A stretch of DNA of 64,000 bases from the human T2T-CHM13v2.0 reference genome, Homo sapiens. The number at the start of each line of letters is the position of its first letter. Within the stretch, counting starts at the first letter, position 1. Below the pieces are notes generated by a model that did no database searches, was not told the origin of the DNA, and saw only the letters and a program-made list of their open reading frames with translations. Location of the stretch: the NCBI RefSeq assembly GCF_009914755.1, contig NC_060941.1; one strand, 5' to 3'. Positions 26,801-38,900 of the stretch are shown one piece after another. A program made the position numbers and the translations under genes.

Positions 26801-27235
26801 CTCTCTTTCTGTGGCATCTGCAAGGGGACATGTAGACCTCTTTGAAGATTTCGTTGCAAACGGAATCATCTTCACATCAAAACTATACAGATGCATTCTC
26901 AGGAACTTTTTGGTGATGTTTGTATTCAACTCCCAGAGTTGAACTTTCCTTTGGAAAGAGCAGCTATGAAACACTCTTTTTCTAGAATCTGCAAGTGGAC
27001 GTTTGGAGGGCTTTGTGGTTTGTGGTGGAAAAGGAAATATCTTCACCTAAATACTAGATAGAAGCATTCTCAGAAACTGCTTTGTGATGATTGCATTCAC
27101 CTCACAGAGTTGAACATTCCTATTGATAGAGCAGTTTGGAAACACTCTTGTTGTGGAATGTGCAAGTGGAGATTTGGAGCGCTTTGAGGCCTATGGTAGT
27201 AAAGGGAATAGCTTCATAGAAAAACTAGACAGAAG
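2801..27235 (+). repeat. Nine canonical 16-mer HOR copies (starts 2801, 5516, 8231, 10946, 13661, 16376, 19091, 21806, 24521)
   Basis: Anchor ORFs show an exact 2715-bp period, and copies differ only by substitutions. Confidence 0.95.
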
Positions 27236-29949
27236 CATTCTCAGGAAATACTTTGTGATGATTGAGTTGAACTCACAGAGCTGAACATTCCTTTGGATGG
27301 AGCAGGTTTGAGACACACTTTTTGTAGAATCTACAAGTGGATATTTGGACCTCTCTGAGGATTTCGTTGGAAACGGGATAACTGCACCTAACTAAACGGA
27401 AGCATTCTCAGAAACTTCTTGGTGATGTTTGCATTCAAATCCCAGAGTTGAACCTTCCTTTGAGAGTTCAGGTTTGAAACACTCTTTTTGTAGGATCTGC
27501 AAGTGGATATTTGGACCACTCTGTGGCCTTCGTTCGAAACGGGTACATCTTCGCATAAAATCTAGACAGAAGCCTTCTCAGAAACTTCTCTGTGATGATT
27601 GCATTCAACTCACAGAGTTGAACCCTCCTATGGATAGAGCAGTGTTGAAACTCTCTTTTTGTGGAATCTGCAAGCGGATATGTGGACCTCTCCGAAGATG
27701 TCTTTGGAAACGGGAATATCTTCACATAAAAACTAAACAGAAGCATTCTCAGAAACTTCTCTGTGATGTTTGTGTTCAACTCCCAGAGTTTCACATTGCT
27801 TCTCATAGAGTAGTTCTGAAACATGCTTTTCGTAGTGTCTGCAAGTGGACATTTGGAGCGCTTTCAGGCCTGTGGTGGAAAACGAATTATGGTCACATAA
27901 AAACTGGAGAGAAGCATTGTCAGAAACTTCTTTGTGATGATTGCATTCAAGTCACAGAGTTGAAGGTTCCTTTTCAAAGAGCAGTTTCCAATCACTCTTT
28001 CTGTGGAATCTGCAAGTGGATATTTGGACCTCTTTGAAGATTTCGTTGGAAACGGGAGAATCTTCACAGAAAAGCTAAACAGAAGCATTCTCAGAAACTT
28101 CTTTGTGATGCTTGCATTCAACTCACAGAGTTGAACTTTCCTTTCGAGAGAGAAGCTTTGAAACACTCTTTTTCCAGAATCTGCAAGTGGACATTTGGAG
28201 GGCTTTGAGGTCTGTGGTGGAAAAGGAATTATCTTCCCGTAAAAGCTAGATAGAAGCATTCTCAGAAACTACTTTGTGATGATTGCATTCAAGTCACAGA
28301 GTTGAACATTCCCTTTGACAGAGCAGTTTGGAAACTCTCTTTGTGTAGAATCTGCAAGTGGAGATATGGACCGCTTTGAGGCCTATGGTAGTAAAGGAAA
28401 TAGCTTCATATAAAAGCTAGACAGTAGCATTCACAGAAAACTCTTGGTGACGACTGAGTTTAACTCACAGAGCTGAACATTCCTTTGGATGGAGCAGTTT
28501 CGAAACACACTATTTCTAGAAGGTGCAAGTGGATATGTGGGCCTCTCTGAGGATTTCGTTGGAAACGGGATAAACCGCACAGAACTAAACAGAAGCATTC
28601 TCAGAACCTTCTTCGTGATGTTTGCATTCAACTCACAGTGTTGAACCTTTCTTTGATAGTTCAGGTTTGAAACGGTCTTTCTGTAGAAACTGCAAGTAGA
28701 TATTTGGACCTCTCTGAGGATTTCATTGGAAACGGGATAAACCGCACAGAATTAAAACAGAAGCATTCTCAGGACCCTCTTCGTGATGTTTGCATTCAAC
28801 TCACGGTGCTGAACCTTTCTTTGATAGTTCAGCTTTGAAACACTCTTTTTGTAGAAACTGCAAGTGGATATTTGGTCCTCTCTGAGGATTTCGTTGGAAA
28901 CGGGATAAACCGCACAGAACTAAACAGAAGCATTCTCAGAACCTTCTTCGTGATGTCTGCATTGAACTCACAGTGTGGAACCTTTCTTTGATAGTTCAGG
29001 TTTGAAACACTCTTTTTGTAGAAACTGCAAGGGGATCATTGCACTTCTTTGAGGCCTACCGTAGTAAAGGAGATAACTTCCTATAAAAAGAAGACAGAAG
29101 CTTTCTCAGAAAATTCTTTGGGATGATTGAGTTGAGCAAACAGAGCTGAACACTCCTTGCGATGTAGCAGTTTAGAAACACACTTTCTGCAGAATCTGCA
29201 AGTGCATATGTGGACCTCTCTGGGAATTCGTTGGAAACGGGATAATTTCAGCTGACTAAACAGAAGCAGTCTCAGAATCTTCTTTGTGATGTTTGCATTC
29301 AAATACCAAAGTTGAACTTTCCTTTCCAAGTTCACGTTTGAAACACTCTTTTTGCAGGATCTACAAGTGGATATTTGGACCACTCTGTGTCCTTCGTTCG
29401 AAACGGGTATATCTTCACATGACATCTAGACAGAAGCATTCTCAGAAGCTTCTCTGTGATGACTGCATTCAACTCACGGAGTTGAACACTCCTTTTGAGA
29501 GCGCAGTTTTGAAACTCTCTTTCTGTGGCATCTGCAAGGGGACATGTAGACCTCTTTGAAGATTTCGTTGGAAACGGAATCATCTTCACATAAAAACTAT
29601 ACAGATGCATTCTCAGGAACTTTTTTGTGATGTTTGTATTCAACTCCCAGAGTTGAACTTTCCTTTGGAAAGAGCAGCTATGAAACACTCTTTTTCTAGA
29701 ATCTGCAAGTGGACGTTTGGAGGGCTTTGTGGTTTGTGGTGGAAAAGGAAATATCTTCACCTAAATACTAGATAGAAGCATTCTCAGAAACTGCTTTGTG
29801 ATGATTGCATTCACCTCACAGAGTTGAACATTCCTATTGATAGAGCAGTTTGGAAACACTCTTGTTGTGGAATGTGCAAGTGGAGATTTGGAGCACTTTG
29901 AGGCCTATGGTAGTAAAGGGAATAGCTTCATAGAAAAACTAGACAGAAG
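27236..29949 (+). repeat. 16-mer HOR copy with a 1-bp deletion (2714 bp)
   Basis: CTCTCTGGGAATTCG at about 29216-29230 replaces CTCTCTGAGGAATTCG in other copies. Anchor spacing 27429 to 30143 is 2714. Confidence 0.92.
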
Positions 29950-32900
29950 CATTCTCAGGAAATACTTTGTGATGATTGAGTTGAACTCACAGAGCTGAAC
30001 ATTCCTTTGGATGGAGCAGGTTTGAGACACACTTTTTGTAGAATCTACAAGTGGATATTTGGACCTCTCTGAGGATTTCGTTGGAAACGGGATAACTGCA
30101 CCTAACTAAACGGAAGCATTCTCAGAAACTTCTTGGTGATGTTTGCATTCAAATCCCAGAGTTGAACCTTCCTTTGAGAGTTCAGGTTTGAAACACTCTT
30201 TTTGTAGGATCTGCAAGTGGATATTTGGACCACTCTGTGGCCTTCGTTCGAAACGGGTACATCTTCGCATAAAATCTAGACAGAAGCCTTCTCAGAAACT
30301 TCTCTGTGATGATTGCATTCAACTCACAGAGTTGAACCCTCCTATGGATAGAGCAGTGTTGAAACTCTCTTTTTGTGGAATCTGCAAGCGGATATGTGGA
30401 CCTCTCCGAAGATGTCTTTGGCAACGGGAATATCTTCACATAAAAACTAAACAGAAGCATTCTCAGAAACTTCTCTGTGATGTTTGTGTTCAACTCCCAG
30501 AGTTTCACATTGCTTCTCATAGAGTAGTTCTGAAACATGCTTTTCGTAGTGTCTGCAAGTGGACATTTGGAGCGCTTTCAGGCCTGTGGTGGAAAACGAA
30601 TTATGGTCACATAAAAACTGGAGAGAAGCATTGTCAGAAACTTCTTTGTGATGATTGCATTCAAGTCACAGAGTTGAAGGTTCCTTTTCAAAGAGCAGTT
30701 TCCAATCACTCTTTCTGTGGAATCTGCAAGTGGATATTTGGACCTCTTTGAAGATTTCGTTGGAAACGGGAGAATCTTCACAGAAAAGCTAAACAGAAGC
30801 ATTCTCAGAAACTTCTTTGTGATGCTTGCATTCAACTCACAGAGTTGAACTTTCCTTTCGAGAGAGAAGCTTTGAAACACTCTTTTTCCAGAATCTGCAA
30901 GTGGACATTTGGAGGGCTTTGAGGCCTGTGGTGGAAAAGGAATTATCTTCCCGTAAAAGCTAGATAGAAGCATTCTCAGAAACTACTTTGTGATGATTGC
31001 ATTCAAGTCACAGAGTTGAACATTCCCTTTGACAGAGCAGTTTGGAAACTCTCTTTGTGTAGAATCTGCAAGTGGAGATATGGACCGCTTTGAGGCCTAT
31101 GGTAGTAAAGGAAATAGCTTCATATAAAAGCTAGACAGTAGCATTCACAGAAAACTCTTGGTGACGACTGAGTTTAACTCACAGAGCTGAACATTCCTTT
31201 GGATGGAGCAGTTTCGAAACACACTATTTGTAGAATGTGCAAGTGGATATGTGGGCCTCTCTGAGGATTTCGTTGGAAACGGGATAAACCGCACAGAACT
31301 AAACAGAAGCATTCTCAGAACCTTCTTCGTGATGTTTGCATTCAACTCACAGTGTTGAACCTTTCTTTGATAGTTCAGGTTTGAAACGGTCTTTCTGTAG
31401 AAACTGCAAGTAGATATTTGGACCTCTCTGAGGATTTCGTTGGAAACGGGATAAACCACACAGAACTAAAACAGAAGCATTCTCAGAACCCTCTTCGTGA
31501 TGTTTGCATTCAACCCACGGTGCTGAACCTTTCTTTGATAGTTCAGCTTTGAAACACTCTTTTTGTAGAAACTGCAAGTGGATATTTGGTCCTCTCTGAG
31601 GATTTCGTTGGAAACGGGATAAACCGCACAGAACTAAACAGAAGCATTCTCAGAACGTTCTTCGTGATGTCTGCATTCAACTCACAGTGTGGAACCTTTC
31701 TTTGATAGTTCAGGTTTGAAACACTCTTTTTGTAGAAACTGCAAGGGGATCATTGCACTTCTTTGAGGCCTACCGTAGTAAAGGAGATAACTTCCTACAA
31801 AAAGAAGACAGAAGCTTTCTCAGAAAATTCTTTGGGATGATTGAGTTGAGCAAACAGAGCTGAACACTCCTTGCGATGTAGCAGTTTAGAAACACACTTT
31901 CTGCAGAATCTGCAAGTGCATATGTGGACCTCTCTGAGGAATTCGTTGGAAACGGGATAATTTCAGCTGACTAAACAGAAGCAGTCTCAGAATCTTCTTT
32001 GTGATGTTTGCATTCAAATCCCAGAGTTGAACTTTTCTTTCCAAGTTCACGTTTGAAACACTCTTTTTGCAGGATCTACAAGTGGATATTTGGACCACTC
32101 TGTGTCCTTCGTTCGAAACGGGTATATCTTCACATGACATCTAGACAGAAGCATTCTCAGAAGCTTCTCTGTGATGACTGCATTCAACTCACGGAGTTGA
32201 ACACTCCTTTTGAGAGCGCAGTTTTGAAACTCTCTTTCTGTGGCATCTGCAAGGGGACATGTAGACCTCTTTGAAGATTTCGTTGGAAACGGAATCATCT
32301 TCACATCAAAACTATACAGATGCATTCTCAGGAACTTTTTGGTGATGTTTGTATTCAACTCCCAGAGTTGAACTTTCCTTTGGAAAGAGCAGCTATGAAA
32401 CACTCTTTTTCTAGAATCTGCAAGTGGACGTTTGGAGGGCTTTGTGGTTTGTGGTGGAAAAGGAAATATCTTCACCTAAATACTAGATAGAAGCATTCTC
32501 AGAAACTGCTTTGTGATGATTGCATTCACCTCACAGAGTTGAACATTCCTATTGATAGAGCAGTTTGGAAACACTCTTGTTGTGGAATGTGCAAGTGGAG
32601 ATTTGGAGCGCTTTGAGGCCTATGGTAGTAAAGGGAATAGCTTCATAGAAAAACTAGACAGAAGCATTCTCAGGAAATACTTTGTGATGATTGAGTTGAA
32701 CTCACAGAGCTGAACATTCCTTTGGATGGAGCAGGTTTGAGACACACTTTTTGTAGAATCTACAAGTGGATATTTGGACCTCTCTGAGGATATCGTTGGA
32801 AACGGGATAACTGCACCTAACTAAACGGAAGCATTCTCAGAAACTTCTTGGTGATGTTTGCATTCAAATCCCAGAGTTGAACCTTCCTTTGAGAGTTCAG

Positions 32901-35900
32901 GTTTGAAACACTCTTTTTGTAGGATCTGCAAGTGGATATTTGGACCACTCTGTGGCCTTCGTTCGAAACGGGTACATCTTCGCATAAAATCTAGACAGAA
33001 GCCTTCTCAGAAACTTCTCTGTGATGATTGCATTCAACTCACAGATTTGAACCCTCCTATGGATAGAGCAGTGTTGAAACTCTCTTTTTGTGGAATCTGC
33101 AAGCGGATATGTGGACCTCTCCGAAGATGTCTTTGGCAACGGGAATATCTTCACATAAAAACTAAACAGAAGCATTCTCAGAAACTTCTCTGTGATGTTT
33201 GTGTTCAACTCCCAGAGTTTCACATTGCTTCTCATAGAGTAGTTCTGAAACATGCTTTTCGTAGTGTCTGCAAGTGGACATTTGGAGCGCTTTCAGGCCT
33301 GTGGTGGAAAACGAATTATGGTCACATAAAAACTGGAGAGAAGCATTGTCAGAAACTTCTTTGTGATGATTGCATTCAAGTCACAGAGTTGAAGGTTCCT
33401 TTTCAAAGAGCAGTTTCCAATCACTCTTTCTGTGGAATCTGCAAGTGGATATTTGGACCTCTTTGAAGATTTCGTTGGAAACGGGAGAATCTTCACAGAA
33501 AAGCTAAACAGAAGCATTCTCAGAAACTTCTTTGTGATGCTTGCATTCAACTCACAGAGTTGAACTTTCCTTTCGAGAGAGAAGCTTTGAAACACTCTTT
33601 TTCCAGAATCTGCAAGTGGACATTTGGAGGGCTTTGAGGCCTGTGGTGGAAAAGGAATTATCTTCCCGTAAAAGCTAGATAGAAGCATTCTCAGAAACTA
33701 CTTTGTGATGATTGCATTCAAGTCACAGAGTTGAACATTCCCTTTGACAGAGCAGTTTGGAAACTCTCTTTGTGTAGAATCTGCAAGTGGAGATATGGAC
33801 CGCTTTGAGGCCTATGGTAGTAAAGGAAATAGCTTCATATAAAAGCTAGAGAGTAGCATTCACAGAAAACTCTTGGTGACGACTGAGTTTAACTCACAGA
33901 GCTGAACATTCCTTTGGATGGAGCAGTTTCAAAACACACTATTTGTAGAATGTGCAAGTGGATATGTGGGCCTCTCTGAGGATTTCGTTGGAAACGGGAT
34001 AAACCGCACAGAACTAAACAGAAGCATTCTCAGAACCTTCTTCGTGATGTTTGCATTCAACTCACAGTGTTGAACCTTTCTTTGATAGTTCAGGTTTGAA
34101 ATGGTCTTTCTGTAGAAACTGCAAGTAGATATTTGGACCTCTCTGAGGATTTCGTTGGAAACGGGATAAACCGCACACAACTAAAACAGAAGCATTCTCA
34201 GAACCCTCTTCGTGATGTTTGCATTCAACTCACGGTGCTGAACCTTTCTTTGATAGTTCAGCTTTGAAACACTCTTTTTGTAGAAACTGGAAGTGGATAT
34301 TTGGTCCTCTCTGAGGATTTCATTGGAAACGGGATAAACCGCACAGAACTAAACAGAAGCATTCTCAGAACCTTCTTCGTGATGTCTGCATTCAACTCAC
34401 AGTGTGGAACCTTTCTTTGATAGTTCAGGTTTGAAACACTCTTTTTGTAGAAACTGCAAGGGGATCATTGCACTTCTTTGAGGCCTACCGTAGTAAAGGA
34501 AATAACTTCCTATAAAAAGAAGACAGAAGCTTTCTCAGAAAATTCTTTGGGATGATTGAGTTCAGCAAACAGAGCTGAACACTCCTTGCGATGTAGCAGT
34601 TTAGAAACACACTTTCTGCAGAATCTGCAAGTGCATATGTGGACCTCTCTGAGGAATTCGTTGGAAACGGGATAATTTCAGCTGACTAAACAGAAGCAGT
34701 CTCAGCATCTTTTTTGTGATGTTTGCATTCAAATCCCAGAGTTGAACTTTCCTTTCCAAGTTCACGTTTGAAACACTCTTTTTGCAGGATCTACAAGTGG
34801 ATATTTGGACCACTCTGTGTCCTTCGTTCGAAACGGGTATATCTTCACATGACATCTAGACAGAAGCATTCTCAGAAGCTTCTCTGTGATGACTGCATTC
34901 AACTCACGGAGTTGAACACTCCTTTTGAGAGCGCAGTTTTGAAACTCTCTTTCTGTGGCATCTGCAAGGGGACATGTAGACCTCTTTGAAGATTTCGTTG
35001 GAAACGGAATCATCTTCACATCAAAACTATACAGATGCATTCTCAGGAACTTTTTGGTGATGTTTGTATTCAACTCCCAGAGTTGAACTTTCCTTTGGAA
35101 AGAGCAGCTATGAAACACTCTTTTTCTAGAATCTGCAAGTGGACGTTTGGAGGGCTTTGTGGTTTGTGGTGGAAAAGGAAATATCTTCACCTAAATACTA
35201 GATAGAAGCATTCTCAGAAACTGCTTTGTGATGATTGCATTCACCTCACAGAGTTGAACATTCCTATTGATAGAGCAGTTTGGAAACACTCTTGTTGTGG
35301 AATGTGCAAGTGGAGATTTGGAGCGCTTTGAGGCCTATGGTAGTAAAGGGAATAGCTTCATAGAAAAACTAGACAGAAGCATTCTCAGAAAATACTTTGT
35401 GATGATTGAGTTGAACTCACAGAGCTGAACATTCCTTTGGATGGAGCAGGTTTGAGACACACTTTTTGTAGAATCTACAAGTGGATATTTGGACCTCTCT
35501 GAGGATTTCGTTGGAAACGCGATAACTGCACCTAACTAAACGGAAGCATTCTCAGAAACTTCTTGGTGATGTTTGCATTCAAATCCCAGAGTTGAACCTT
35601 CCTTTGAGAGTTCAGGTTTGAAACACTCTTTTTGTAGGATCTGCAAGTGGATATTTGGACCACTCTGTGGCCTTCGTTCGAAACGGGTACATCTTCGCAT
35701 AAAATCTAGACAGAAGCCTTCTCAGAAACTTCTCTGTGATGATTGCATTCAACTCACAGAGTTGAACCCTCCTATGGATAGAGCAGTGTTGAAACTCTCT
35801 TTTTGTGGAATCTGCAAGCGGATATGTGGACCTCTCCGAAGATGTCTTTGGAAACGGGAATATCTTCACATAAAAACTAAACAGAAGCATTCTCAGAAAC

Positions 35901-38900
35901 TTCTCTGTGATGTTTGTGTTCAACTCCCAGAGTTTCACATTGCTTCTCATAGAGTAGTTCTGAAACATGCTTTTCGTAGTGTCTGCAAGTGGACATTTGG
36001 AGCGCTTTCAGGCCTGTGGTGGAAAACGAATTATGGTCACATAAAAACTGGAGAGAAGCATTGTCAGAAACTTCTTTGTGATGATTGCATTCAAGTCACA
36101 GAGTTGAAGGTTCCTTTTCAAAGAGCAGTTTCCAATCACTCTTTCTGTGGAATCTGCAAGTGGATATTTGGACCTCTTTGAAGATTTCGTTGGAAACGGG
36201 AGAATCTTCACAGAAAAGCTAAACAGAAGCATTCTCAGAAACTTCTTTGTGATGCTTGCATTCAAATCACAGAGTTGAACTTTCCTTTCGAGAGAGAAGC
36301 TTTGAAACACTCTTTTTCCAGAATCTGCAAGTGGACATTTGGAGGGCTTTGAGGCCTGTGGTGGAAAAGGAATTATCTTCCCGTAAAAGCTAGATAGAAG
36401 CATTCTCAGAAACTACTTTGTGATGATTGCATTCAAGTCACAGAGTTGAACATTCCCTTTGACAGAGCAGTTTGGAAACTCTCTTTGTGTAGAATCTGCA
36501 AGTGGAGATATGGACCGCTTTGAGGCCTATGGTAGTAAAGGAAATAGCTTCATATAAAAGCTAGACAGTAGCATTCACAGAAAACTCTTGGTGACGACTG
36601 AGTTTAACTCACAGAGCTGAACATTCCTTTGGATGGAGCAGTTTCGAAACACACTATTTGTAGAATGTGCAAGTGGATATGTGGGCCTCTCTGAGGATTT
36701 CGTTGGAAACGGGATAAACCGCACAGAACTAAACAGAAGCATTCTCAGAACCTTCTTCGTGATGTTTGCATTCAACTCACAGTGTTGAACCTTTCTTTGA
36801 TAGTTCAGGTTTGAAACGGTCTTTCTGTAGAAACTGCAAGTAGATATTTGGACCTCTCTGAGGATTTCGTTGGAAACGGGATAACCCGCACAGAACTAAA
36901 ACAGAAGCATTCTCAGAACCCTCTTCGTGATGTTTGCATTCAACTCACGGTGCTGAACCTTTCTTTGATAGTTCAGCTTTGAAACACTCTTTTTGTAGAA
37001 ACTGCAAGTGGATATTTGGTCCTCTCTGAGGATTTCGTTGGAAACGGGATAAACCGCACAGAACTAAACAGAAGCATTCTCAGAACCTTCTTCGTGATGT
37101 CTGCATTCAACTCACAGTGTGGAACCTTTCTTTGATAGTTCAGGTTTGAAACACTCTTTTTGTAGTAACTGCAAGGGGATAATTGCACTTCTTTGAGGCC
37201 TACCGTAGTAAAGGAAATAACTTCCTATAAAAAGAAGACAGAAGCTTTCTCAGAAAATTCTTTGGGATGATTGAGTTGAGGAAACAGAGCTGAACACTCC
37301 TTGCGATGTAGCAGTTTAGAAACACACTTTCTGCAGAATCTGCAAGTGCATATGTGGACCTCTCTGAGGAATTCATTAGAAACGGGATAATTTCAGCTGA
37401 CTAAACAGAAGCAGTCTCAGCATCTTCTTTGTGATGTTTGCATTCAAATCCCAGAGTTGAACTTTCCTTTCAAAGTTCACGTTTGAAACACTCTTTTTGC
37501 AGGATCTACAAGTGGATATTTGGACCACTCTGTGTCCTTCGTTCGAAACGGGTATATCTTCACATGACATCTAGACAGAAGCATTCTCAGAAGCTTCTCT
37601 GTGATGACTGCATTCAACTCACGGAGTTGAACACTCCTTTTGAGAGCGCAGTTTTGAAACTCTCTTTCTGTGGCATCTGCAAGGGGACATGTAGACCTCT
37701 TTGAAGATTTCGTTGGAAACGGAATCATCTTCACATCAAAACTATACAGATGCATTCTCAGGAACTTTTTGGTGATGTTTGTATTCAACTCCCAGAGTTG
37801 AACTTTCCTTTGGAAAGAGCAGCTATGAAACACTCTTTTTCTAGAATCTGCAAGTGGACGTTTGGAGGGCTTTGTGGTTTGTGGTGGAAAAGGAAATATC
37901 TTCACCTAAATACTACATAGAAGCATTCTCAGAAACTGCTTTGTGATGATTGCATTCACCTCACAGAGTTGAACATTCCTATTGATAGAGCAGTTTGGAA
38001 ACACTCTTGTTGTGGAATGTGCAAGTGGAGATTTGGAGCGCTTTGAGGCCTATGGTCGTAAAGGGAATAGCTTCATAGAAAAACTAGACAGAAGCATTCT
38101 CAGAAAATACTTTGTGATGATTGAGTTGAACTCACAGAGCTGAACATTCCTTTGGATGGAGCAGGTTTGAGACACACTTTTTGTAGAATCTACAAGTGGA
38201 TATTTGGACCTCTCTGAGGATTTCGTTGGAAACGGGATAACTGCACCTAACTAAACGGAAGCATTCTCAGAAACTTCTTGGTGATGTTTGCATTCAAATC
38301 CCAGAGTTGAACCTTCCTTTGAGAGTTCAGGTTTGAAACACTCTTTTTGTAGGATCTGCAAGTGTATATTTGCACCACTCTGTGGCCTTCGTTCGAAACG
38401 GGTACATCTTCGCATAAAATCTAGACAGAAGCCTTCTCAGAAACTTCTCTGTGATGATTGCATTCAACTCATAGAGTTGAACCCTCCTATGCATAGAGCA
38501 GTGTTGAAACTCTCTTTTTGTGGAATCTGCAAGCGGATATGTGGACCTCTCCGAAGATGTCTTTGGAAACGGGAATATCTTCACATAAAAACTAAACAGA
38601 AGCATTCTCAGAAACTTCTCTGTGATGTTTGTGTTCAACTCCCAGAGTTTCACATTGCTTCTCATAGAGTAGTTCTGAAACATGCTTTTCATAGTGTCTG
38701 CAAGTGGACATTTGGAGCGCTTTCAGGCCTGTGGTGGAAAACGAATTATGGTCACATAAAAACTGGAGAGAAGCATTGTCAGAAACTTCTTTGTGATGAT
38801 TGCATTCAAGTCACAGAGTTGAAGGTTCCTTTTCAAAGAGCAGTTTCCAATCACTCTTTCTGTGGAATCTGCAAGTGGATATTTGGACCTCTTTGAAGAT

